From assembly GCA_937888635.1 (NCBI GenBank), contig CALARG010000021.1, positions 1-61,258 on the forward strand: a stretch of 61,258 nucleotides of DNA, read 5' to 3'. Of this stretch, positions 35,007-44,746 are shown piece after piece; the first letter of the stretch is position 1, and each line of letters begins with the position of its first letter. The translations under genes and the position numbers were made by a program. Origin of the DNA: an uncultured Alphaproteobacteria bacterium (GTDB lineage Bacteria; Pseudomonadota; Alphaproteobacteria; Rs-D84). The notes under the pieces were generated by a model. It did no database searches. It was not told the origin of the DNA and saw only the letters and a program-made list of their open reading frames with translations.

Positions 35007-36986
35007 ATGACAGAGAAGAAAACGAACACATATGACGCATCCGACATTCAGGTGTTGGAAGGACTGGAACCCGTACGCCTGCGCCCTGGAATGTATATCG
35101 GTGGCACAGACGAAAAGGCATGGCACCACCTGCCAATTGAAATAATGGACAATTCTATTGACGAAGCCGTCGCCGGCTTTGCCAAGAAAATAACCGTAAA
35201 TTTAATTGATTCCAAAACAATTGAAATCGCAGACGACGGACGCGGCATTCCTGTTGACGAACACCCAAAATACCCTGGCAAATCCGCCTTAGAGGTTATT
35301 TTAACCACCCTGCATTCTGGGGGTAAATTTAATAATAATGTTTACAAAACCAGTGGTGGCTTGCACGGTGTAGGGTCGGCTGTTGTTAATGCCCTGTCAT
35401 CAGAAATGATTGTTGATATTGCGCGCGATGGCTATAACTGGCACCAAACATTTTCGCGTGGCCTGACCACATCACCAATGACCCGCGGGGATGCAACAAA
35501 AAACCATGGCACCAAAATTCGCTTTACAATTGATGATGAAATATTCGGCACAAATGCAACCTTTAAACCGGTCAAGATTTACCGCATGGCCCGTGCCAAG
35601 GCATTCCTGTCCCGTGGCGTAAAAATTGATTGGCATTGCAATCCCGAATTATTAACCGAAGACATGAATATCCCTGCCACAACAACATTTTATTATCCAA
35701 ATGGTGTTGCAGACTTCCTGGCAGAAAAGACAGATTCAAAACCACGCATTTTGCCACGCATTTTCAGTGGCAGCGTTGATTTCCCCGATGACTGTGGGCG
35801 CGTTGAATGGGCGTTGACATTTTTAACCGATGAAAATGGCGCCGCATCTGATGACGGATTCTTTTCATCATATTGCAACACAATTGCAACAATTGACGGT
35901 GGCACACACGAAACTGGCTTTAAATCCGCAATTACCAAGGGGATTAAGGCATATGGCGAAAAAATAAACAACAAAGCCGCCGCATCAATCATTGGCGAAG
36001 ATGTATTTGATTCTGTCGCCGCAATCGTATCTGTATTTTACAAAACGCCACAATTTTTGGGCCAGACCAAAGAAAAACTGTCCAACCCAGAAATTGCCCG
36101 TTTCACAGAAAATGCGTTGCGTGACCCATGGGAAATGTTTTTGGCATCTGACCCAAAGACTGCAAACGCATTGCTGGAATTTGTAATTAATCTGGCAAAC
36201 GCGCGCATTAAAACGAAACAGGTCAAAGATGTCGCCCGCAAAACACCAACAAAACGCATTCGTATGCCTGCAAAATTGGCCGATTGTTCCAAGCATGGTA
36301 TTGCCGGCACAGAATTATTTATTGTAGAGGGCGAATCGGCAGGCGGAACCGCAAAACAGGCACGCGACCGCGCAACCCAGGCAATCATGCCCCTGCGAGG
36401 CAAGGTTTTAAATGTTATATCAAATTCCGATGAACGATTCGGCAACAACCGCGAATTAAATGACCTGATTGATATCATTGGTGCAGGCACCGCCAAAGAT
36501 TGGAACGAAGACAAATTGCGTTATGAAAAAATTATTGTCATGACCGATGCCGACGTTGACGGCAGCCACATTGCATCACTGTTGATGGCATTCTTTTATC
36601 AATTCATGCCCCAACTAATTTATGGCGGACATTTATATTTATCGTGCCCACCATTGTATAAATTAACCTGTGGCACCGAATCAATTTATGTTGACACCGA
36701 CGAAGAACTGGAAAATCTGAAATCTACAAAATACAAAAACAAACGCGTTGAAATATCACGATTCAAAGGACTGGGTGAAATGATGCCCAATCAACTAAAA
36801 GAAACCACCATGTCCCCAAAAACGCGGCGTTTAATACGCGTAGATTTACCCCCACGCACCGAAGAAGGGGCCGAAGACACCGAAAAAACGCGCACAATCG
36901 TATCTGAACTGATGGGCAAAAAACCAGAATTCCGTTTCAAATTCATAACTGAACACGCCCAATTCGTCAAAGATTTATTTGTATAA
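35007..36986 (+). CDS. parE: DNA topoisomerase IV subunit B
   Basis: GHKL ATPase (LEGLEPVRLRPGMYIGGTDE..DNSIDEA..DDGRGIP), Toprim EGESAGG and DADVDGSHI. The ~659-aa length and lack of the GyrB insertion favour ParE over GyrB. Confidence 0.85.
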   Translation: MTEKKTNTYDASDIQVLEGLEPVRLRPGMYIGGTDEKAWHHLPIEIMDNSIDEAVAGFAKKITVNLIDSKTIEIADDGRGIPVDEHPKYPGKSALEVILTTLHSGGKFNNNVYKTSGGLHGVGSAVVNALSSEMIVDIARDGYNWHQTFSRGLTTSPMTRGDATKNHGTKIRFTIDDEIFGTNATFKPVKIYRMARAKAFLSRGVKIDWHCNPELLTEDMNIPATTTFYYPNGVADFLAEKTDSKPRILPRIFSGSVDFPDDCGRVEWALTFLTDENGAASDDGFFSSYCNTIATIDGGTHETGFKSAITKGIKAYGEKINNKAAASIIGEDVFDSVAAIVSVFYKTPQFLGQTKEKLSNPEIARFTENALRDPWEMFLASDPKTANALLEFVINLANARIKTKQVKDVARKTPTKRIRMPAKLADCSKHGIAGTELFIVEGESAGGTAKQARDRATQAIMPLRGKVLNVISNSDERFGNNRELNDLIDIIGAGTAKDWNEDKLRYEKIIVMTDADVDGSHIASLLMAFFYQFMPQLIYGGHLYLSCPPLYKLTCGTESIYVDTDEELENLKSTKYKNKRVEISRFKGLGEMMPNQLKETTMSPKTRRLIRVDLPPRTEEGAEDTEKTRTIVSELMGKKPEFRFKFITEHAQFVKDLFV

Positions 36987-36989
36987 CAA

Positions 36990-37019
36990 AAAAAACACCG
37001 ATTTTTTCGGTGTTTTTTA
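36990..37019 (+). terminator. Rho-independent terminator after parE
   Basis: ACACCGA-TTTTT-TCGGTGT followed by T6. Confidence 0.75.
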
Positions 37020-37095
37020 TATACTTTTTATTGACAATTTCTTTTTATGTACTAATATAAACATATAACAATATTAAAACCACAAAGGATAAACT

Positions 37096-37623
37096 ATGGG
37101 AATTTTTGACATTTTTAACCAAAAAACAGAAAAAGCCAGCGAACAACCCGCGGTTGAACAGACACAAAAGCCAGAAATATCACCAAACCATATCAGCAAA
37201 AAGAAAAAGAACACATATGTTATTACATACAATGTAATGGCTGATATCAAACTGTTTGGTATGTGCCCCACAACACCATTACCTGTAATTGAAATTAACG
37301 GTGTAAAGCAAGACACGACATCTGGCGGATTTACCAAAGGTATAAAATTCCCTAACCCATGTGCAAACGACATGGTACGCAGCCACGATATCTTGCGCGA
37401 AATTATGGGCGAACGCATTTCTGCAACAATTATTGAATATCTGGACAAAGACACCGGCAAACCCGTTGTCCAGGTCTATCCCGAAGGCTGGTATGTATTT
37501 GACAACTATGGCCCAGATTATATGACCCGCCTGAACCATGCATCACGCCGCGATTTAAAACACCAATTAAAAATACGCGACAATATGATAAACGAATATA
37601 TTGCGCGTCAACAGGTGCGATAA
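37096..37623 (+). CDS. Hypothetical protein (175 aa)
   Basis: ORF with an upstream TTGACA-16-TAATAT promoter and a downstream terminator. No family recognised. Confidence 0.5.
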   Translation: MGIFDIFNQKTEKASEQPAVEQTQKPEISPNHISKKKKNTYVITYNVMADIKLFGMCPTTPLPVIEINGVKQDTTSGGFTKGIKFPNPCANDMVRSHDILREIMGERISATIIEYLDKDTGKPVVQVYPEGWYVFDNYGPDYMTRLNHASRRDLKHQLKIRDNMINEYIARQQVR

Positions 37624-37627
37624 CCAG

Positions 37628-37661
37628 CAAAAAAAAACCGGCAATTGCCGGTTTTTTTTAT
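37628..37661. terminator. Bidirectional terminator (perfect 16-bp palindrome)
   Basis: ACCGGCAATTGCCGGT flanked by A9 and T8. Confidence 0.75.
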
Positions 37662-39904
37662 TGACCTGATACCTTTGTGCATACCCCATTCGCCAATTCA
37701 TAACCTGAACGACATTGACATACACCATATGAATCACGTTCCTCAGACGCCTCATTACATTTCTTCAGACACGAACTGCCCCATATTTCATACCCTGTAT
37801 TACATTTACAGTGCGTATTAACATACCCATTACTGCCAGCAGTTCCTGTTGCCTGCATGTATGTTGAATTTTCCGGGCACAGCAATGACTGATAGAACAT
37901 TTGCGAAATATTTTGTATACACTTAGATTCCTCGCGCACAGAACAACTAGATGCATCCTGGGCAAACACCGCATACGCACATGTCAGCGCCACATTACGA
38001 CATGCCCCCGCCAGAACCTTTTGTATACTGCCCACACTGGCATTTGACGACCAAGTATTCACCTGGGTCACCTGTTCGTTATAGCAATCTGCCACATCAA
38101 CAATACAACTGGACGCGTACTCTGATATAATCTTGCTTTGCGCAGCACGAATATTAACCATTGCACGTTGAACATAATTTACAACAACATCATTAAATTT
38201 TATATACCGCCCCTCTGAATCATATGTATACGCCTGACACTTATCCAATACTGCACGACACAAACCACTATCTGTCACCTTTTGCCCTGTTCCAATCTTT
38301 TGCAATAAATACTTTGCCGTACATTTACCATCACCCGTATCTGCATTTGACGACACAGCCTTACAATTTTCGGTATTTATCGTTATCTCTTCTGCACCAT
38401 CCAAGAAATCTTTATCAATACTGGCATTGTTATAATTCTGCATAAAATCCAATATATCTGCTGTACGCCGTCCCAATACAACCTGACCATTTTCATCAAT
38501 ATAAGTTTTTGTCGGATCAACACACTTAAAGTACTTTTCACCGCAAACCATTTCATCAGTCATACATGCCTCTAATGCGGCGATGCACCCCTTGGCATCA
38601 TACATATTTTTATTTTGCAACACTGCCAGACGCGCCTTTTGCAACATACGATTCGCACTGCCCACATTTGAGATTAATGTCTCGTTCATTTTTTTCAGGC
38701 CATTTGCATACGCCACACAATCCTTGTCAATCGCCAGGTCATAATTCCCTGTAATTTGCGCAATGGTTGAGCCCGCTTCCTTACATTGATTTAACACTGT
38801 ATTGCAACGCTTTTTCGCCGCCCTGTATAATTCTGCCCCACGCAGGTTTGAAAAACTGCCCGTATTACCAGTACCCAAGAAATCTATATTAAATATATCC
38901 GTACTGTCTGACGAAAAATCCAAATCAATATCCAAACCAAAACTATCTGATTCTGTAAATGTCGCAGTATTAGAAACAGGGTCACGAATCAATTCTTCAA
39001 TCTGTTCCAGCATATTGCGTGTCTGCGATGTGTCCGTTGTCCCAGACAAAGCTTCTTCCGCCTCAGTCTCGGTCAAAATCGCACGAATTTCATCTGCAGA
39101 CAAACCAACATAACGAATGCGCTGCGCAACCTCATTCAACTGATTATTCGCATCCTTGACCGCTTCTTCAACCTTGGCATACTGACTTAAGTTTGACGAA
39201 CATGAACAGCGCCCCTGATTCGCATCAATAACCTTGCAAAACTGATCCATACAGTCATTATATTGTTCCTGACATGACTTATTCAGCGTAGCCGTCTGTT
39301 CCAGACGCGTTGTCGCCTCCGCAATCGTTTCTGCGGTCACCTCTTTGGCTGCGCGTGAATGTACACTGCGAACCTGTTCATCTATATTAGACCCCGTCTG
39401 CATCCCCGTGTCACCAATTGTGGCACGCCCACCAACCTCAGCCGTGCTGGGACGCAGCACCACCCCCGCCCGACGAACGGTCGGATTTGCATTGATACTG
39501 GCATCTGACACGCGTTTATTGCGCCCAACTGTACTTACCGCCTCAGCCAAATTACTGCGGGCTGCATTATTTGATTTTACACCCGACCGCGCAACAACCC
39601 CCGTTGCCACCTGTTGGGGTTTATCTTTTTTAACCTCAGGCACACCGGCAAAAACACGCGATACCGCACTGCGCACTGGCATGGCCGATAAATCTTCTGT
39701 ACTTTTTGTATTTTTTTCCGCCTGACCCGTATTAACAACACGTGTCGCCACACGCGATACAGTCCCCCGACCAGCATCCACATCCGCATTCGCGCCCCCA
39801 CCATTATCCAGGGACGGCAAAACACGCGAAACAGCGCCATCGGCACCAAATGCACCGGGCGCAAACAATAACACACTGAAAAAACATAAAACCAGTTTTT
39901 TCAT
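37658..39904 (-). CDS. Large secreted Cys-rich protein (748 aa) with C-terminal EGF-like signatures
   Basis: Signal peptide MKKLVLCFFSVLLFAPGAFG, an Arg/Ser/Val-rich N-region, >40 Cys. CKCNTGYEIWGSSC and CQCRSGYELANGVC fit C-x-C-x2-[GP]-[FYW]-x4-8-C. Confidence 0.7.
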   Translation of the reverse strand: MKKLVLCFFSVLLFAPGAFGADGAVSRVLPSLDNGGGANADVDAGRGTVSRVATRVVNTGQAEKNTKSTEDLSAMPVRSAVSRVFAGVPEVKKDKPQQVATGVVARSGVKSNNAARSNLAEAVSTVGRNKRVSDASINANPTVRRAGVVLRPSTAEVGGRATIGDTGMQTGSNIDEQVRSVHSRAAKEVTAETIAEATTRLEQTATLNKSCQEQYNDCMDQFCKVIDANQGRCSCSSNLSQYAKVEEAVKDANNQLNEVAQRIRYVGLSADEIRAILTETEAEEALSGTTDTSQTRNMLEQIEELIRDPVSNTATFTESDSFGLDIDLDFSSDSTDIFNIDFLGTGNTGSFSNLRGAELYRAAKKRCNTVLNQCKEAGSTIAQITGNYDLAIDKDCVAYANGLKKMNETLISNVGSANRMLQKARLAVLQNKNMYDAKGCIAALEACMTDEMVCGEKYFKCVDPTKTYIDENGQVVLGRRTADILDFMQNYNNASIDKDFLDGAEEITINTENCKAVSSNADTGDGKCTAKYLLQKIGTGQKVTDSGLCRAVLDKCQAYTYDSEGRYIKFNDVVVNYVQRAMVNIRAAQSKIISEYASSCIVDVADCYNEQVTQVNTWSSNASVGSIQKVLAGACRNVALTCAYAVFAQDASSCSVREESKCIQNISQMFYQSLLCPENSTYMQATGTAGSNGYVNTHCKCNTGYEIWGSSCLKKCNEASEERDSYGVCQCRSGYELANGVCTKVSGQ

Positions 39905-39971
39905 TTTCTCCTAAACATTATATCACAAAAATGATATATTTTCATTAACATAATCTGTACCCAAAACCCAA

Positions 39972-41258
39972 TTATTTGCATTCTTCTGTTAACTGTTTAA
40001 TCTGTGCCGCCAAAACCAAATCAGATGCAACATTCTTTTCAATTTGTTTGATTGCATACAAAACTGTTGCATGATCACGACCACCAACAAAATTACCAAT
40101 TTCTGACAAAGACAACTGTGTCGCACCCTTTAAAACAACCATCATAATCTGACGTGCCAAAACCAAATTGCGGCTGCGACCTGTGCCACAAACTGCATCA
40201 TAAGACACACCCAATTTTTCACACATCATTTTAACCATCGCAACCGGTGTTTTTACAGTTTGCAAAGAATCTGCCAACAAACGTGTTGCAATTGCCATAT
40301 CAACACTTGTGCCCATCAGTTCAGCATATGTCTTGATTTTTGTTGCGATACCTGCCAGCAAATGACCATCATTTGCAATACGCCCCGCCAAGGTATCTGC
40401 AACATCAGATTTCACACCTGCGCGTTTCAACAAAACAGATTTTACATGTGTGTTTGGCGCAACAACATCTGCAACCAATCCTGATGCCATCAGGCTTTGT
40501 GCACGACGATCAAAACCTGTCAAATTGCCTGGCATTGCATTTGCAGTCAGAACAACATTCTTGCCAGCATTACGCAAATCAACAATCAATTGAATAAATT
40601 CTTCTGTTGTTGCCTTTTTACCTGACAGGGCCTGAACATCATCCAAGATAAAGGTATCGCAATTGCGACAGAAATCCTTGAACGCAAAAACATTGTGTTC
40701 TTTCAAACTGCGTGCAAATTCAGAAACAAATTGTGCGCCACTCATCTTAACAACTTTTGATGTTGCTGCCCCTGCGATACATTCTGTCAACAAAGATTTA
40801 CCACAACCTGCCGCACCATAAATAAACAGCGGGGAAAAAGGAACCGAACCCGCTGCGACTTTTTTACATGCAGATACAACAAACAAATTTTCATCTGAAC
40901 AAACAAAAGAATCAAATGCAACCGATGTGGCTGTTGCTTTTTCAGCCGCTGGCGCATATGCCTGTGCACGATTGTCATTTGCAACCGGTGCCGCAACTGT
41001 CTGTTTGGCAGACGCAACAACAACAGACGCATTCAGACCAAATTCCGCCGCAACTGCTGCAATTGTCCCCATATGAACACTGTTGATAAAATCTGCTGAA
41101 AACTGATTCTGTGCACCCAAAACCAAAGTTCCATCAACAACATCAAAAGCCAGTGGTGCAATCCAAGAAGTATAAGACGCTGCATCAATTTTCGCGGCAA
41201 TGGCCCCCTTGATTGTTTCCAGGTTAGTCATTTGAATTTTTGCCGCTGTTGTCTGCAT
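39972..41258 (-). CDS. dnaA: Chromosomal replication initiator DnaA
   Basis: Domain I (SYTSWIAPL), an AAA+ core (Walker A GAAGCGKS; box VII), and C-terminal DNA-binding ...GGRDHATVLYAIKQIE. Start trimmed to Met28. Confidence 0.9.
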   Translation of the reverse strand: MQTTAAKIQMTNLETIKGAIAAKIDAASYTSWIAPLAFDVVDGTLVLGAQNQFSADFINSVHMGTIAAVAAEFGLNASVVVASAKQTVAAPVANDNRAQAYAPAAEKATATSVAFDSFVCSDENLFVVSACKKVAAGSVPFSPLFIYGAAGCGKSLLTECIAGAATSKVVKMSGAQFVSEFARSLKEHNVFAFKDFCRNCDTFILDDVQALSGKKATTEEFIQLIVDLRNAGKNVVLTANAMPGNLTGFDRRAQSLMASGLVADVVAPNTHVKSVLLKRAGVKSDVADTLAGRIANDGHLLAGIATKIKTYAELMGTSVDMAIATRLLADSLQTVKTPVAMVKMMCEKLGVSYDAVCGTGRSRNLVLARQIMMVVLKGATQLSLSEIGNFVGGRDHATVLYAIKQIEKNVASDLVLAAQIKQLTEECK

Positions 41259-41617
41259 GCCGTTTTCTCCTTTTTCCTTCCTTTCAAAAGAGTTTCCTGC
41301 CCGAACAAGGTTGTAAAAACCACCCACACAAAACACCATTTTTCAATTGAATCACGGTATTTTATATTGCCCTACTTTAAACTCTCTCGCGCCATTAATG
41401 TTTTTTGGATTAATTTTATTTTAGACATTTAAAATAAAACCAATCCTGTTTTTTTGATTACCTTTTTCTCGTTTTGGATACGACAGATAAGTTAAAATAT
41501 TATTTTCCATTTACAAGCAAATCTTGCCCCAAAATTTCACTTTTATTTTTTGACAACGATTCGTTTTTTTGCCTATTTTCTGCCCTTTGTATATACACTG
41601 TATAGACAATTTTTTTA

Positions 41618-42649
41618 TCACACACGAACATACCCGCCATCAACTTTTCGCACTAAACCTTGCAATTCTAAAACAACCAATTCAGATTTAATTTCCGAAA
41701 CAGATTTTTTGACAAGTTCTGCCAATACAGATTCTGACACCGGAATCATCCCTAATGCGTCAATCAGATTATTTTCCGCATCAACTTTTTTTGATATTTT
41801 TTGTTGTTTTTTATCCGCATCAAAAAAATCCATCAGTCCCATACACAGATGCGCCTGTCCATCCCGAATCAATGAATTTGGTCCCAACGCGCGCAAATCT
41901 GCGGGGTGTGACGGAATCGCCCAAACATCGCGCCCCATTTCAATTGCGAATCGGGCGGTTGTCATTGATCCCGACTTTAAATCAGCCTCGCCCAAAATCA
42001 ATTTTTCCCCCAAACCTGCGACTAACTTGTTTCTTTGCACAAAGTTTGTGGCAACCGGCACAAATCCAACGGGCATTTCACTAACAACCGCGCCACGCGC
42101 CAATATTTCATGGTATAACGATTCGTTTTCCATTGGCCAGACATAGTCCACCCCACCCGCCAGCACAGCAATCGTCACGGCATTCGCCCCACTGCGCAAC
42201 GCACCACGATGTGCTGCCGTATCTGTCCCAATTGCCATACCAGACACAACCGCATAATTATTTTCTGCAAACCCTTGGGCAATATCTGCAACAAAACCCA
42301 TGCCCACCGCTGTTGCGTGACGCGTTCCAACAATTGATACCATCGGTCTGTTTAATACATCTAGATTCCCACGCACAGATATAATCGGCGGATGATTTTT
42401 GACCGCACGCAAATTTTTCGGATACCGTGTGTCTGTATCATCTATATAATATATATGTTGCGCATGCGCCGATTCCATTTCACGCAAAACAGAATCGCGA
42501 TGCGCGGAATCTGGGTTTAAAAATTCAACCACTGCCCCCGGCGCACCAAAACGACGCAACAAATCGTTATATCGCGCTGGTCCAATCCCCGGTGTTCGCA
42601 ATATCAATAACTTATTAAATATATCTGACATGACAACACTATAGGACAA
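41618..42649 (-). CDS. dprA: DNA-processing protein DprA (Smf)
   Basis: GIGPARYNDLL..., Rossmann core ...VSGMAIGTDTAAHRGAL... Confidence 0.88.
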   Translation of the reverse strand: MSYSVVMSDIFNKLLILRTPGIGPARYNDLLRRFGAPGAVVEFLNPDSAHRDSVLREMESAHAQHIYYIDDTDTRYPKNLRAVKNHPPIISVRGNLDVLNRPMVSIVGTRHATAVGMGFVADIAQGFAENNYAVVSGMAIGTDTAAHRGALRSGANAVTIAVLAGGVDYVWPMENESLYHEILARGAVVSEMPVGFVPVATNFVQRNKLVAGLGEKLILGEADLKSGSMTTARFAIEMGRDVWAIPSHPADLRALGPNSLIRDGQAHLCMGLMDFFDADKKQQKISKKVDAENNLIDALGMIPVSESVLAELVKKSVSEIKSELVVLELQGLVRKVDGGYVRV

Positions 42650-42668
42650 ACGAAAAAAATATTTCCAT

Positions 42669-42696
42669 TAAAAAATCCCGCAACGCGGGATTTTAA
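42669..42696 (-). terminator. Rho-independent terminator after 42716-43630
   Basis: ATCCCGC-AAC-GCGGGAT with a T-run on the minus strand. Confidence 0.7.
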
Positions 42697-42715
42697 TTTA
42701 TTATTAATGATGACC

Positions 42716-43630
42716 CTAGACCGCCAAATCAAACAGTCCCTTAAATTCATCACACATACTCTTTAATTCTACATCATCGGCATTTGCCACATGATCTTTT
42801 GCACATTCTGTTTTCAGTACCTTTAAATTAGTAATGAACTTTTTATAATCTGATTCATTATCCTTTTTCAGCACCGCCAACTGTGAACGCAACAACTGAT
42901 CACCTTCTAATGCCTTTTGTCCCTGAACAGAACCACCAATCATCTTATTACCAAATAATTCCATCGCACCAACACCAACACCGGCACCAAGAACTGCGCC
43001 ACCAACCGTTGCCCATGTGCGTGCAGACTTTTTCGCATCCAAAATACGCTTTTTCAACACATCATAGTCCGCCCATGAACCACATGCGATATTATGCCCC
43101 CATTCAAAATACTTACTTGGCACATCTGAAACACCAATCTTTGAATCATTAGATTTCAATTCAACCTTAACAAAACATGTATTATTTTCTGGGTTTTCAA
43201 TATCTTCAACCATTGTTGAATAATTATTTATATTGCTGTAACGCGATGCCCAAACAAAAGTATTTCCAATACCAATATTATTAGCGATACATGCACCTTT
43301 TTCCTTTTCACGCATATCTTTTTTCTGCGCAGAAATCATTTCTTCAGGATTTACCGCCAAATCTGCATTGATGTTATCATTAACATTATTATCAACCTTT
43401 GTACTAGATTTCTGAACAACCGCCGTTTCCGGTGCCAATGTTGCCGTCGCAGAAATTTGATTTTTTGATGCAACACCTGCGCGTTCTTGATTTAGCTGTG
43501 GCGGTGTGGCATTTATCATTTTACTTGCCATTGAAGCACGCCCACGCCCCTGTGCTGGTGCCCCATATGGTGCCGCCCCTGCAGAAAACGCAATTGCCGA
43601 CAAAATAACAACAGAAATAACTTTCTTCAT
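42716..43630 (-). CDS. Secreted protein (304 aa) with a Gly-rich hydrophobic segment, unknown family
   Basis: Signal peptide MKKVISVVILSAIAFSAGAA. Motif ACIANNIGIGNT and hydrophobic segment WATVGGAVLGAGVGVGAMELFG. Confidence 0.6.
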   Translation of the reverse strand: MKKVISVVILSAIAFSAGAAPYGAPAQGRGRASMASKMINATPPQLNQERAGVASKNQISATATLAPETAVVQKSSTKVDNNVNDNINADLAVNPEEMISAQKKDMREKEKGACIANNIGIGNTFVWASRYSNINNYSTMVEDIENPENNTCFVKVELKSNDSKIGVSDVPSKYFEWGHNIACGSWADYDVLKKRILDAKKSARTWATVGGAVLGAGVGVGAMELFGNKMIGGSVQGQKALEGDQLLRSQLAVLKKDNESDYKKFITNLKVLKTECAKDHVANADDVELKSMCDEFKGLFDLAV

Positions 43631-43699
43631 TCTCTAATCCCTTTGATTCTTTCCCCTGTATTATATCACAAAATCATTCAAAAATAAAGTACAAATAAT

Positions 43700-43722
43700 A
43701 AAAGACGGGGCATTGCCCCGCA
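43700..43722 (-). terminator. Rho-independent terminator after plsY
   Basis: CGGGGC-ATT-GCCCCG with a T-rich tail on the minus strand. Confidence 0.6.
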
Positions 43723-43724
43723 TT

Positions 43725-44312
43725 TTATTTTTTCCACTTCCATTCAATTTTTGATTCATGCCCCGAAATCAATCTGGAAATATTTGCCTTGTGCCGCCAC
43801 ATGCACAATAATCCAATTGCCAGGAACGCAAACCCAACCTGCATTGAAATCGCAAACCCCAAAACCGGGATTAAACAAAATACGATTACCGCCCCAAAAG
43901 AAGACATCCCTGATGTCAATGCAACCAACAACCATTCAATTCCACAAATCGCAAAAGACAGCGGACTGACCGCCAACAGCACACCAAACAGTGATGAAAT
44001 CCCCTTACCTCCTTTGAATCGCAACCATATCGGATAGCAATGTCCAACAATTGCGGCAAACCCGCACCACGCGCCAAATGCTTCGCCTGCGACATATTTA
44101 CCGACAAACACGGCGGCAATTGCCTTGGCCATATCCAACAACCAAACCAGACCCGCCATACGCAATCCGCCAACACGCATAACATTTGTTGCGCCAATAT
44201 TACCACTGCCAACCTGACGCAAATCCCCCTTGCCCGCCAATTTTGTCAGGATTAATCCCATTGGCACACTGCCCAATAAATAAGATACAATAATTGCAAT
44301 TAAGTAAATCAT
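43725..44312 (-). CDS. plsY: Glycerol-3-phosphate acyltransferase PlsY
   Basis: YLLGSVPMGLILTKL...GSGNIGATNV...KGGKG are PlsY motifs. Confidence 0.92.
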   Translation of the reverse strand: MIYLIAIIVSYLLGSVPMGLILTKLAGKGDLRQVGSGNIGATNVMRVGGLRMAGLVWLLDMAKAIAAVFVGKYVAGEAFGAWCGFAAIVGHCYPIWLRFKGGKGISSLFGVLLAVSPLSFAICGIEWLLVALTSGMSSFGAVIVFCLIPVLGFAISMQVGFAFLAIGLLCMWRHKANISRLISGHESKIEWKWKK

Positions 44313-44385
44313 GTTATTTTTCCTTGATTTTGTGTTTGTTTTTTATAAAATAGCAAAATCAAAACAAAAATAAAAGGAAAATAAA

Positions 44386-44646
44386 GTGGCAAATCATAAG
44401 TCATCTGAAAAAAGAATTTTGGTAACGGCCAAGAAAAACGCAATCAATACATCACGTCGCAGTGTTGTTAAAACTGCAACTAAAAAGGCATTGGTTGCAA
44501 TTGAATCTGGCGACAAAGCGGCTGCAACAACTGCGGCCCGCAACGCAGAAAGCAAGATTATGAAATCTGCTGGCAAAATCATGCCTAAAAAACGCGCTGC
44601 ACGCAAAATTTCGCGTTTGGCGAAAAAAGTTGCTAAAATGGCTTAA
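44386..44646 (+). CDS. rpsT: 30S ribosomal protein S20 (GTG start)
   Basis: MANHKSSEKRILVTAKKNAINTSRRS... is typical S20. Confidence 0.93.
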   Translation: MANHKSSEKRILVTAKKNAINTSRRSVVKTATKKALVAIESGDKAAATTAARNAESKIMKSAGKIMPKKRAARKISRLAKKVAKMA

Positions 44647-44664
44647 TTCCATTTCAGAAAATTT

Positions 44665-44689
44665 AAATCCCCCGATTGGGGGATTTTTA
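44665..44689 (+). terminator. Rho-independent terminator after rpsT
   Basis: AATCCCCC-GATT-GGGGGATT followed by TTT. Confidence 0.75.
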
Positions 44690-44714
44690 ATATCAAAAAA
44701 ATTAAATTATTATC

Positions 44715-44741
44715 ATAAAAAAAACGGGGCATCGCCCCGTA
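44715..44741 (-). terminator. Rho-independent terminator after 44747-45106
   Basis: ACGGGGC-ATC-GCCCCGT with T8 on the minus strand. Confidence 0.7.
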
Positions 44742-44746
44742 TTTAT

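Noticed and set aside
41259-41617. Calling this dnaA-upstream spacer the replication origin (oriC).
   Set aside because: Only weak 7/9 DnaA-box-like matches are present and there is no clear box cluster or DUE pattern. In Alphaproteobacteria oriC is often not next to dnaA. GC-skew cannot be assessed from one window.
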